Positions 9,217 to 18,460 of a stretch of DNA of 32,000 bases are shown in pieces. Source of the DNA: Candidatus Thorarchaeota archaeon (GTDB lineage: Archaea > Asgardarchaeota > Heimdallarchaeia > Hodarchaeales > Hodarchaeaceae). Position 1 is the stretch's first letter. Each line of letters starts with the position of its first letter. A model generated the notes under the pieces. It saw only the letters and a program-made list of their open reading frames with translations. It was not told the DNA's origin and ran no database searches. A program made the position numbers and the translations under genes. Where the stretch lies: positions 170,193 to 202,192 of the forward strand of contig JBHLRO010000004.1 of the NCBI GenBank assembly GCA_048882505.1. The letters are read 5' to 3'.

Positions 9217-11442
9217 TTAAGCCTCTTGACTGATTGGAGACATAAAAATCTCGGTACTAAGATCATCCAAGGTCTTGACTGCCTTTTTAGCCTTTGTGGT
9301 CTGCTTAACGATGTCCCAGATGAAACTTGAGTCTTTCGTTGTTTCTATGAACCTCTCTAATTTCTGTACAGCTGAATATGACTGGCCCTTGAATACAAAA
9401 CAGCATAGTATTTGCTCGGCCAGTGGTTTAATGATAAGCGTGTAATCCTTTACTCTTATCCGTTCTATAACTCCCGAAGCGGAGAAAGCTTCCTGAACAA
9501 AGCTATTGATTGCAGTAAGCAAATCTCCAATGATTCTATCGTCCAAAGCCTCCTTAGATGTAAGTTCCTTCCTAAAATGTACAGCTCCAGTATTTGAAAG
9601 CATTAAAAAAAGTACAGGTTCTTCTGCCGTAAATTCTGGAATTTCTTGTTTTTTCTGAATTATGTTGGACACCATATCCTCGAGTTCAGCCATTTCTAAC
9701 CTTTCTACCATACCCACATTTCGTTCTATTAGATCCTCCCATTTATTTAACTGATTCATAAGCCTATCAATGTCAGCTGATATTGCAATAGCTAGTCGCT
9801 GTAAACCTGTCTCCTCAGCGGTTTCCTGGGCTTGAGCCATTAGCTGTCGAGCCTTATTCAGGTCTAATTCCAACAAAGCCATTTGAGATTGGAGTCGTTG
9901 TGTGTTTATCAGATTTTTGAAAGAATTCTGGCTTTCTGCTATTTCTAATAGGCGGTCCAACAAAGAATTAATTTCGGCTACGACCTCTTCATTTCCTGTG
10001 GATTTTAATTCATCCAATAGAAGATCACAGAGATTCAGCATGGCTTGGACGGTATTCTGATGGTTAATGACTTCTTCTTCTGCTATTTTTTGGAAGATTT
10101 CTTGCGCCTCAGCCCTCTCAACCATACGGTCACTTGCCTTCAAGAATAACGCATGAGCCAACCGATTACCTTGGTTGACGATTTTATTATCTTCTCTTCC
10201 CGCAATTTCTCCCAGCTTGTCAAGATAGGTTTTGGCCTCAATCATTTTCCCATTCCGGATCGAGGCTTCAATCAGGTTCTCTAATGATCGCGCAATGTCA
10301 AGAGTGCTACCAACCGATTCTGAGAGAGATAATGCCCTTTTATAATATGAAATTGATTGTTCTAGCTCGCCACCCATTGTGTAGACATGACCGAGATTAT
10401 TCATAACGAGACTAAGTTCCAAATCATTTTCCAGTTGTTCGAAAATTTCCAGTCCTCGAGTGAAGGCTGATTCCGCTTCTTTAAGGTCCCCGATTTCTAT
10501 ATAAATAGCTCCCAGATTGTTTAATGATTCACCAATATCCCCCTTACTCTCGAGTTCTTCATAACTCTTCAAGGCTCGCTGTATATATTCAAGAGCGAGC
10601 GTCAATTCTCCCTTACTCGTGTAAATGTTTCCAAGATTTGAAAACATTGCGGCTTCGGTTTGTATGGATCCATATTTCTCATTAAGTTCCAATGCACGTT
10701 TAAGATATTCCAAGGCACGATCTAAATCTCCACGGTAGGAATGCATCATGCCTAAATTATTCATTATTTTGAAGGTAGGTCTTTCGTTTCCGAGCTCTTC
10801 ATACTTTGATAAGCTAAGCTGAAGATATTCCGATGCTTTATCGAGGGCTCCCTTAGAAGCATGAATAATACCAATTGCATTATATAAACCAGCAATAGGA
10901 AAATTTTTCTTCTTCAATCTCTGGTAGAGTTCCAAAGCCTCGGTTAGATACTCGAGTGCTGTATCTAGTTCCCCTTTTCTTCGCATTGCAATTCCTTTAA
11001 CCCTCAATAACGGGGCTCTGACTGCATTTGCAGAAATCGCTTCGGATTCTATATCATTGATAAGTTCCAAGGATTCGTTTATCTCTCCCAATCCTATCAA
11101 AGCATTCGCTTCAAGAATCGCAGCTTTCTTCTGTAATACCGGTAATCCATTGTGTTCGGCTGCCTTTTTCGTTTCTCGCGCAAGTTCAGCGCATTTTGTG
11201 TTTTCATCTTTCTCGAGCAGAATCTCACATTTTAACAACTGGTTCTCAAGGCGGATATGGGGTGGTATCTCCTCTTTCTGGAATAGCTCCTCAATTTGGG
11301 TAAGTGCATGATCAAGATTTCCTTGTTGGATAAGCGAATCTATTTGAGTCAGAGTTTGTTTATTTTTATCAATTCCTAGTTTTTCTTTAATCCACGTCAG
11401 AGAATCAGTTAAAAATGTAAAAGACACCGAATTTTCCTCCAT
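9217..11442 (-). CDS. TPR-repeat protein with C-terminal longin-like domain (paralog 1)
   Basis: Repeated TPR motifs (YNAIGIIHASKGALDKA, MNNLGMMHSYRGDLDRA, FSNLGNIYTSKGELTLA, LNNLGAIYIEIGDLKEA), a long helical region, then EEPVLFLML..G..F...LLTAINSFVQEAF...YTLII...CFVFKG (about 9217-9624). Confidence 0.85.
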   Translation of the reverse strand: MEENSVSFTFLTDSLTWIKEKLGIDKNKQTLTQIDSLIQQGNLDHALTQIEELFQKEEIPPHIRLENQLLKCEILLEKDENTKCAELARETKKAAEHNGLPVLQKKAAILEANALIGLGEINESLELINDIESEAISANAVRAPLLRVKGIAMRRKGELDTALEYLTEALELYQRLKKKNFPIAGLYNAIGIIHASKGALDKASEYLQLSLSKYEELGNERPTFKIMNNLGMMHSYRGDLDRALEYLKRALELNEKYGSIQTEAAMFSNLGNIYTSKGELTLALEYIQRALKSYEELESKGDIGESLNNLGAIYIEIGDLKEAESAFTRGLEIFEQLENDLELSLVMNNLGHVYTMGGELEQSISYYKRALSLSESVGSTLDIARSLENLIEASIRNGKMIEAKTYLDKLGEIAGREDNKIVNQGNRLAHALFLKASDRMVERAEAQEIFQKIAEEEVINHQNTVQAMLNLCDLLLDELKSTGNEEVVAEINSLLDRLLEIAESQNSFKNLINTQRLQSQMALLELDLNKARQLMAQAQETAEETGLQRLAIAISADIDRLMNQLNKWEDLIERNVGMVERLEMAELEDMVSNIIQKKQEIPEFTAEEPVLFLMLSNTGAVHFRKELTSKEALDDRIIGDLLTAINSFVQEAFSASGVIERIRVKDYTLIIKPLAEQILCCFVFKGQSYSAVQKLERFIETTKDSSFIWDIVKQTTKAKKAVKTLDDLSTEIFMSPISQEA

Positions 11443-11562
11443 TCGTGATTTCTTGAGTCATGGAAATTTGATAATCGAGTAAAGAAGAAAGGCTACTAGA
11501 GGGCAGAAAATGTGAATCGGCTATTATCCTTTTTGATAGGATGAATTTTCCGAAATCTCTGA

Positions 11563-13374
11563 TTATTCGGGGGATTTAACGGGGATTCCGGTGTTTATTA
11601 TAGCATTTTGAGCAAAAAAGCCAGACATGACTTGTGGGAGGTTATCTTTTTGCGAAGTTAGGAGGTACCTTGACACCAGTTCCAAAATCTCTGGGTTTTC
11701 GGATAACTCCATACCTATATTACTGGCGTCCGTCAAAGTTTTCAGAATGGTATCTGAGACACTGATAGCTTCCGTAAAGTTCCTAAGCTTTTGCATTGCG
11801 AAGTAAGATGGACCTTTGAACGCGTAACAGCACAGGAGAGATTTAAGAGGTCTTAAAAGCAAAGTATATTCTTGGTGTTTGATCCCTTCAATGGATCGAG
11901 ATTCTTCAAAAGCCTGCTGGGTAAAGGCATTAATAGCGGTAATAAATCCTCCGATAAGCTGATCTGCCATGAGCTGATCTGCCGCCACAAATTGTTTAGA
12001 AAAGATGCTCATTCCGCTCATCCCTAGGATCAAAAACAAAACAGGTTCCTCCTCTTGTAGGTCGGTACGTTCAGCTTTTTGCTTTATTAATCTGGTGACC
12101 ATACCCTCTAACTCTGCTAGTTCAAGTCTTTCGGCCATCGAAGCTCCCGTTTCTACGAATTCCTCCCATTTACTTGCGATCTCAGGGATCCGATCGAATT
12201 CCTGGGACACGATCACTTCTAGCGATTTAAACCCGTGTTTTTCCGAAATTTCTTGTGCCTGTAACAATTTTTGCCTAGCTAGATTAATATCGAGCTCATA
12301 GAGTGCGATTTTTGACTGTATGAGATAGATTTCGGCCAGGAGGGGTGTTAAAGATTGACGTTCGGCCCGCTCTGACAGTTGGTGCAATAAACCTTTTATT
12401 TCGGTTAAAACGTTCTCATTTCCACTTGTGGCAAACTCCTGAAGGAGCAATTCACATAATTGCTTTTGTGCCATAAGGAGATACTCTTGCGAGATGTTTT
12501 CCTCTGTCGTTAGCTGATTAAAAGTTCGTTGAGCTTCCGCTCGTTTAACAAGGCGAGTCGAGGAAGTCAGTACATGGGCCTTGGCTAACCGGTTAATTCG
12601 GTCTATTGCTTGATTTTGTTCTTTAGCGTTAATGTTTTCTAATTGCTTAAGAAATTGTTCTGATTCCTCCGTTGATTTAAGAAGGTTTGTCAAACAGGCA
12701 AGATTAAATAAAACCACGGACAGTTCCATCGGATTTTCCGATGGATCTAGTCCAATCAGGCTGTTTTTGTAGTTTAGTTCTGCTTTATCTACGGCGCCTG
12801 TCAATAGATGTAATGTAGCAATATTATTTTGGTATAAACTAATTAAGGGCTTATCATCAATCTTCATAGCCAAGTCTATCCCCTTTTGATAATAATCACG
12901 AGCCTCTTCTAATTCTCCTCGCATTTGATGGATATTGGCGAGATTATTATAGCAAATGGTTTTTTCCAATTCGTGATCATCGAGTTGTTCGAAAATTTCT
13001 AGGCTATTTTTGATCAATTCGAAAGCCAAGTCCAATTCTCCTTTGAGAATGGAATAATAACCTTCATTTACCGTCAAAGTAGCGGTTGTGGGTATATTGT
13101 CGCATTTCTTCCGGATTCCACCCATTCTTTCGATATAGCTTCCCGCTACATCGAGATCACCCCGGTCAATAAAAAATAGGGCCGTACTATTTAGAATCTC
13201 AAGGATAGGATCGATGAGGGTTTTATTTTGAAGGTCAACCGAGCCTAATAGCACTTCTAATCTTTCCGACGCTTCATCCAGAGCTCCATCATGATGCATC
13301 TGCTTTATTAGGGCGGATTCCTTTATTATATCTGCTGGTTTAGAAAAGCGTTTCCTACGTGAGAAGATAGACAA
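11563..13374 (-). CDS. TPR-repeat protein with C-terminal longin-like domain (paralog 2)
   Basis: TTG start. TPRs (YNNLANIHQMRGELEEA, YQNNIATLHLLTGAVDKA). Shares RAEAQ, LCxLLL, ERLExAELE and EEPVLFL blocks with 9217..11442. Confidence 0.85.
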   Translation of the reverse strand: MSIFSRRKRFSKPADIIKESALIKQMHHDGALDEASERLEVLLGSVDLQNKTLIDPILEILNSTALFFIDRGDLDVAGSYIERMGGIRKKCDNIPTTATLTVNEGYYSILKGELDLAFELIKNSLEIFEQLDDHELEKTICYNNLANIHQMRGELEEARDYYQKGIDLAMKIDDKPLISLYQNNIATLHLLTGAVDKAELNYKNSLIGLDPSENPMELSVVLFNLACLTNLLKSTEESEQFLKQLENINAKEQNQAIDRINRLAKAHVLTSSTRLVKRAEAQRTFNQLTTEENISQEYLLMAQKQLCELLLQEFATSGNENVLTEIKGLLHQLSERAERQSLTPLLAEIYLIQSKIALYELDINLARQKLLQAQEISEKHGFKSLEVIVSQEFDRIPEIASKWEEFVETGASMAERLELAELEGMVTRLIKQKAERTDLQEEEPVLFLILGMSGMSIFSKQFVAADQLMADQLIGGFITAINAFTQQAFEESRSIEGIKHQEYTLLLRPLKSLLCCYAFKGPSYFAMQKLRNFTEAISVSDTILKTLTDASNIGMELSENPEILELVSRYLLTSQKDNLPQVMSGFFAQNAIINTGIPVKSPE

Positions 13375-13394
13375 GGCAGGAATAGGAAGGTCAC

Positions 13395-13418
13395 ATCAAT
13401 ATATTAAATTATATTGAT
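13395..13418. promoter_or_regulatory. Perfect 9-bp inverted repeat (ATCAATATA-n6-TATATTGAT) over the TATA region of the paralog 2 TPR gene; putative operator
   Basis: Read directly; lies 21-44 nt upstream of the TTG at 13374. Confidence 0.45.
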
Positions 13419-13450
13419 CGTAACACTGCATACCCGGGAATTTCAGATAT

Positions 13451-13492
13451 AAAAAGGGGAGTAAAAAAAAGGGAAAAGGAGGGACAAAGAGA
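13451..13492 (-). terminator. Pyrimidine-rich oligo-T terminator of the beta-helix gene
   Basis: Minus strand is almost all C/T, with T8 at 13463-13470 and T5 at 13451-13455, right after the stop at 13493. Confidence 0.6.
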
Positions 13493-16441
13493 TTACGTCG
13501 TCTTTTTCCTGGCTTTTTTACGGAATATATAGGTACCAAGGAGGGTTAACAGTGTCAAACTGAAAATTGCTGGGATTCCAGGAGTTAATACATGTTTCAT
13601 TACCTGTGCTATCACTGATGAGGAACTGTCACCTTGAGAGGGTTGTACGACTGCGAGCGCTTGATCGGCATTGATTATTGTAATGTTGTCGTATCCATAG
13701 AATAACAAGAAGTCGCCTTTCAGATAGCCAGTCACGTTCATCTTGACGACCGTGGGAGTAGAAGAGACTACTGTTTCCAAATATGCTGCAACTTCCGATC
13801 TGTTAAACTTGACGAAAATTTTGTCTGGATGTTGTAGCTGGACATACTCCGCATAGATGTTTCCGTCAGTTCGAATAGTGCTGCCATTTACGTTGCTCGC
13901 AGAATATCCTTCTGGAAGAAAGATCTTAGCGGACACCCAATTTCCTTCCTTCTGTAGATTGAAGGTTTGGGATTCCCAAACGACCACTGCATCAAGATCA
14001 GCAAACTGAATATCAATATTATCGAGATCCTGTACGGGAAGGGCATTAGGAGTGTAATCAAAGTTACCTCCATCAATGGCATAAGGCTGATCTGCCAAAG
14101 TATCATTGTTGTCATCCGTATTATCGTTATCAACCAGATAATTGAAGGCGAAACTGTTCAGGAGCCCCCAATCTGATGCTTGAGACGAACCACCGATATT
14201 GTTTCCGACAAGGTCATTAGTTTCAATGGAGTTCTGGTCTGAACCAAATGCAAGACTAATCGCATACGCGGTTTGGGAATAGAGGACATTCCCTATGACT
14301 TTGGTATGTGACGATCCCTCTAAGAATATTCCATTTGCACCGCTGTTACTGATCTGGTTGTTTGAGATCGCGTTGAAATTCGACAATTGGAGATATACTG
14401 CGTTTCCAGATACGCTGAAGATTCTGTTATCGGAAATGGTGTTATGATGTGACGGATCGAGCCAGATGGCATGGCTGCCAGAACTTAAAGCCACACGGGA
14501 ACGAATTCTCATACCGCTTCCTGTAGGTTCACTGTAATCTCCATAGATGTCATTGTCAGTGATAGAGTTCCAGGAGGAGTTGGCGAGGAAGACCCCACTG
14601 TCACCATCTGAATTATCGATGGAATTCCCAGTGAGATCGTTACCATCAGAATCCTCCAGGAAGACTCCGTAGCCACTAAAGCCTGAGAGGGTATTGTTAG
14701 TGATGGTATTATTACTGGAGGGATCGAGCCAGATGGCGTGGCTGCCAGAGCTTAGTGCTACACGGGAACGAATCCCGTCGCCCGTCGCAGTTGTACCAGC
14801 CGATGTGCTGTAAACCTCATTGTCAGTGATTGAGTTCCAGGAGGAGTTGGCGAGGAAGACCCCACTGTCACCATCTGAATTATCGATGGAATTTCCAGTG
14901 AGGTCATTGTCATCTGAATCCTCCAGGAAAACCCCGTATCCCGTATACCCTGAGAGGGTATTGTTGGCGATGGTATTATTACTGGAGGGATCAAGCCAGA
15001 TGGCGTGGCTGCCAGAGCTTAGCGTCACCCTTGAGCGAATCCCATCGCCCGTCGCAGTCGTACCAGCCGATGTGCTGTACACCTCGTTGTCAGTAATGGA
15101 GTTCCAGGAGGAGTTGGCGAGGAAGACCCCACTGTCACCATCTGAATTATCGATGGAGTTTCCAGTGAGATCGTTGTCATCAGAGCCTTCTAAAAAGATC
15201 CCGTATCCCGTATACCCTGAGAGGGTATTGTTGCCGACGGTATTATTACTGGAGGGATCGAGCCAAATGGCGTGGCTGCCAGAGCTTAGAGCCACACGAG
15301 AGCGAATCCCGCCGCCAGTTGCCGTCGTACCAGCTGATGTGCTGTACACCTCGTTGTCAGTAATAGAGTTCCAGGAGGAGTTGGCAAGGAAGACCCCACT
15401 GTCACCATCTGAATTATCGATAGAATTTCCAGTGAGATCGTTGTCATCAGAAGCTTCTAAAAAGATCCCGTATCCAGTGTAGTCTGAGATGTTATTATTG
15501 GAGACGGTGTTATTACTGGAGGGATCGAGCCAAATGGCGTGGCTGCCAGAACTTAGAGCCACGCGTGAGCGAATCCCTTCGGTAAACTCTGGGTTGTCAA
15601 CTTCAAAGATATCGTTATCATCTACAATATTGTCATCGGATCCTTCCAGAAAGATCCCGACTCCACCGTCGTTGTCTATTTCATTTCCTTCGACAGTGTT
15701 GTCAGAGGAGCTAAGCAGGTAAATCGAACTACCTGACATGCCAGTAATATGATTATTGGAAATCGTATTGTGATTGGAGGGATCGAGCCAAATGGCATGA
15801 CTGCCAGAGCTTAACGCCGTAGTACGTACACTTAGGCGGACTGAAGTAGCAGCAGAAGTTGATACAAAACCAAAAACATAATTCTCGGTGATTGTTATGT
15901 CATGCGAGTTATAGAGAAATATTCCTGTAGCGCAATTGACTATCGTGTTATCGTAAATGGTTCCATGAATTACATTAAATAAGGCAATCCCGTCGGGTAA
16001 ACCATTTACACCATCAATTAAATTGTGTTGAATAATGAAATGTAAGGTTGTGTCGTTTATCTGGATACCAGCGGCGGGGACAGGCTTTTTCCCGTGTAAT
16101 CGTGCGTTTACGGTAATTATGAGATTCTCAATAATATAAGGGCTGGCTTCTGATCCGTCCCCAGGCCACTTGAACCGTTTTGCTTGTTTCACAAAGTCAT
16201 CATCACCTTCTATGAGGATCGGGTTATCACCCTTTTTACCAGCATATAATACTTGGAAATCCTCAGCATCCCAATTGTACCACTTGGAATCTTCTTCCAA
16301 AGGAATATTTCCCCCGTTGGGATTATTTAGAGATGTTATCAATACAGATGTCAAATCTGTTGGTTGAAAAGCCAAATTAATTATATTTAAGCTTGCCAAC
16401 AGGCATAAAAAGATAGCAGCGCGTTTTATTTTGAAATTCAT
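13493..16441 (-). CDS. Secreted, C-terminally anchored right-handed parallel beta-helix (NosD/CASH-like) surface protein with internal tandem repeats
   Basis: Signal peptide MNFKIKRAAIFLCLLASL, WPGDGSEASPYIIEN cap, many GIxL..S.NNTI.xN coils, a beta-rich domain near the C-terminus, then a TM helix and basic tail RKKARKKTT. Confidence 0.9.
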   Translation of the reverse strand: MNFKIKRAAIFLCLLASLNIINLAFQPTDLTSVLITSLNNPNGGNIPLEEDSKWYNWDAEDFQVLYAGKKGDNPILIEGDDDFVKQAKRFKWPGDGSEASPYIIENLIITVNARLHGKKPVPAAGIQINDTTLHFIIQHNLIDGVNGLPDGIALFNVIHGTIYDNTIVNCATGIFLYNSHDITITENYVFGFVSTSAATSVRLSVRTTALSSGSHAIWLDPSNHNTISNNHITGMSGSSIYLLSSSDNTVEGNEIDNDGGVGIFLEGSDDNIVDDNDIFEVDNPEFTEGIRSRVALSSGSHAIWLDPSSNNTVSNNNISDYTGYGIFLEASDDNDLTGNSIDNSDGDSGVFLANSSWNSITDNEVYSTSAGTTATGGGIRSRVALSSGSHAIWLDPSSNNTVGNNTLSGYTGYGIFLEGSDDNDLTGNSIDNSDGDSGVFLANSSWNSITDNEVYSTSAGTTATGDGIRSRVTLSSGSHAIWLDPSSNNTIANNTLSGYTGYGVFLEDSDDNDLTGNSIDNSDGDSGVFLANSSWNSITDNEVYSTSAGTTATGDGIRSRVALSSGSHAIWLDPSSNNTITNNTLSGFSGYGVFLEDSDGNDLTGNSIDNSDGDSGVFLANSSWNSITDNDIYGDYSEPTGSGMRIRSRVALSSGSHAIWLDPSHHNTISDNRIFSVSGNAVYLQLSNFNAISNNQISNSGANGIFLEGSSHTKVIGNVLYSQTAYAISLAFGSDQNSIETNDLVGNNIGGSSQASDWGLLNSFAFNYLVDNDNTDDNNDTLADQPYAIDGGNFDYTPNALPVQDLDNIDIQFADLDAVVVWESQTFNLQKEGNWVSAKIFLPEGYSASNVNGSTIRTDGNIYAEYVQLQHPDKIFVKFNRSEVAAYLETVVSSTPTVVKMNVTGYLKGDFLLFYGYDNITIINADQALAVVQPSQGDSSSSVIAQVMKHVLTPGIPAIFSLTLLTLLGTYIFRKKARKKTT
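14451..15813. repeat. Intragenic tandem repeat: four 267-bp (89 aa) units plus one diverged 258-bp unit; six copies of SSGSHAIWLDPS
   Basis: The GGATC(G/A)AGCC anchor occurs at 14454, 14721, 14988, 15255, 15522 and 15780. Confidence 0.95.
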
Positions 16442-16927
16442 GAATATCTACCGTTCTTTATGTATTTTGGTTCGTGGGTGGGAAAGTATCGCGAGGTGAT
16501 ATGGGCCTCTAAGTCTATTTCCCGCAAATCCGCAGACTTTTTCTAGTTAGAATTTGCGGGTTTTAAATTATTTTTGGAATGAATATTCACAAATCTACAC
16601 CTCCCTCGACTTCTGAACCTTTGAATCTGAGTCTTTCAAGGTTCAATTTCTGTAGACATTTCAGCCAGCTCTCTGATGAATTTAACCCAAGGTCGAATTC
16701 GTATATTACTCAGGATCCTTGAGTATTGTATGTTGAAATCGTTTATGTCGGCGTGCACCCAAATATTGTGTTTTGTATTTCATTTCTAGTTTGAAAGTAC
16801 TTACCGAATCATGTGTATATTAATCAGGTAATCAAGGTGCGATTAAATTCCTCCTCACGATCTTAGACGTAATAATAAGGGCATTTTTCGAATCTTTATT
16901 GCTTAAATTGTAATAAGAGCGCATAGA

Positions 16928-17704
16928 CTATAAAAACTGGTCCAGTGATGTTTTACGTATAGGAATTGTTACCTGTTGGCCAAACTGAGCCTTTTGTCGT
17001 ATTATTGGCTCGTATTCTTTTCGTAATTCAAATCCCACCACATCTCGTCCAGTTCTCCGAGCAGCCAAAATGGTTCCCCCGCTTCCACTAAACACGTCTC
17101 CAACCAAATCGCCAGGAGAACTGGATGTTAAAACAAGTTTTTCTAAAAGAATTAGAGGTAATTGGCAAGGATGCCCTTTGATTCTATCCGGATCATTCCC
17201 GCGATTGTATTCTGGCCAAAAGAGTACATCACCGGTGTCTCCTCCAGTTTGGCTGAAAACATAGTTTGTTTTATCCTTAACCAGGAGAAGGATATGGTAA
17301 TGACTTGTCACAAACCGACGTTTCGTATATACTCCCCATGAAAACTGCCAAACAGCATGATTTATCATATGAAAATCTGTGGTTTCGAGAGCATTGAGAA
17401 TAGGTAGAAGGTTTGTCCAGCCCGAGATGATATACAAACTACCTGTGTCTTTCAATGCGTGATAGCATGCGTTTATCCACTTCTGCGAAAAATGATAGTA
17501 TTCTTCTGGTGTGAATTCATCTGCATACAGGTCATAATCCTCGGCCCCATATTCGTGACTCGATTTATTGAACTTGATGCCAAATGGGGGATCCGCAATA
17601 AGTAGATCGAACTTTCGGGCCATAGCTTTGATGGGTAGCGTCTCAATCAAATCGCCTATAATCAATTCATATTTGGATGGTGGCATAAGAATTCCACTAA
17701 TCAC
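16928..17704 (-). CDS. Beta-class N6/N4 DNA methyltransferase
   Basis: ADPPF (motif IV) precedes GHPCQLP and DVFSGSGGT (motif I). The GTG at 17704 overlaps the HAD stop (GTGA); alternative ATG at 17686. Confidence 0.9.
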   Translation of the reverse strand: MISGILMPPSKYELIIGDLIETLPIKAMARKFDLLIADPPFGIKFNKSSHEYGAEDYDLYADEFTPEEYYHFSQKWINACYHALKDTGSLYIISGWTNLLPILNALETTDFHMINHAVWQFSWGVYTKRRFVTSHYHILLLVKDKTNYVFSQTGGDTGDVLFWPEYNRGNDPDRIKGHPCQLPLILLEKLVLTSSSPGDLVGDVFSGSGGTILAARRTGRDVVGFELRKEYEPIIRQKAQFGQQVTIPIRKTSLDQFL

Positions 17705-18369
17705 AATTCTTGGTAATTTGTATAAGGAGTTAGTTGTGTCACGAAATCAATGAAATCCTCTGGTGTTTGAAATGCATAATTAGGGTTTTCGGCGAGTGTT
17801 TTTTCTGGTTCCATGGTACCCCAGAGAGCTGCTGCGGTGTAAACTCCAGCCTCCTTTCCTGCTTGTATGTCTAAATGACTGTCGCCAATAAAAAGCGTTT
17901 CATCTTTTGATAAACGTAACTTATCAATCATCTGGAGAAGGGCATCGGGATGGGGCTTGGAACGGGGTACGTCATTGCCTGTGAGAATAAGATCGAATAG
18001 ATCAGGAATCCCGAGTTTGTCTAGCGTAATTTCACAGGTTTTCTTACTTTTTCCAGTAAAAATCGTGAGATATTTTAGTTTTACTTTGATGCCCTGTAGC
18101 TGGTCTCTTGAAAAAAATGCTTTACTGGAGTGTTGATCGCGGTAGGATCTAAGGAAATGTTCCCACGCTTCTTCAACAATATGTGGGGGAAATACCTGTT
18201 TAAAAATTTCGTCTCCGGGCGGCCCCCATAATGCTAATACTTCCTGCGTGGTTAGATTTTGAGTTGGCCCCAAAAACCTCTCAATCGTATCTTGGAATAG
18301 ATATATTATATCTCGTGTATTATCAATCAAAGTACCATCGATATCAAACACAATGCATTGAAGTTTCAT
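17701..18369 (-). CDS. HAD-family hydrolase (phosphoglycolate phosphatase / PpaX-like)
   Basis: FDIDGTL, TGK, KPHP and GDSHLD motifs. Confidence 0.92.
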   Translation of the reverse strand: MKLQCIVFDIDGTLIDNTRDIIYLFQDTIERFLGPTQNLTTQEVLALWGPPGDEIFKQVFPPHIVEEAWEHFLRSYRDQHSSKAFFSRDQLQGIKVKLKYLTIFTGKSKKTCEITLDKLGIPDLFDLILTGNDVPRSKPHPDALLQMIDKLRLSKDETLFIGDSHLDIQAGKEAGVYTAAALWGTMEPEKTLAENPNYAFQTPEDFIDFVTQLTPYTNYQEL

Positions 18370-18422
18370 TAAAACTGACAGTCCTCGAAGTTCTGGAGAT
18401 TAATAGAGTGTTGTGATAGAAC

Positions 18423-18429
18423 TTTATAA
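18423..18429 (+). promoter_or_regulatory. Probable TATA box (TTTATAA) of the SPPY methyltransferase, followed by a T10 tract at 18436-18445
   Basis: 32-38 nt upstream of ATG 18461. Confidence 0.45.
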
Positions 18430-18460
18430 TTCATATTTTTTTTTTGGTTATGGGTTTGAA

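Noticed and set aside
14820-15722. Repetitive plus-strand ORFs of 220 aa and 77 aa, and minus-strand 14758..14994
   Set aside because: Alternative-frame products of the 267-bp repeats; their periodicity is fully explained by the beta-helix gene.
14451-15813. Repeat array as a CRISPR array or a DGR template/variable pair
   Set aside because: Units are in-frame coding sequence with no unique spacers, differences are mostly synonymous and not adenine-specific, and no cas or reverse transcriptase gene is in the window.
16442-16927. Hidden small gene or tRNA in the 486-bp gap
   Set aside because: The minus-strand stretch I translated by hand gave only short open frames, the ORF track shows nothing here, and I saw no cloverleaf or T-loop consensus.
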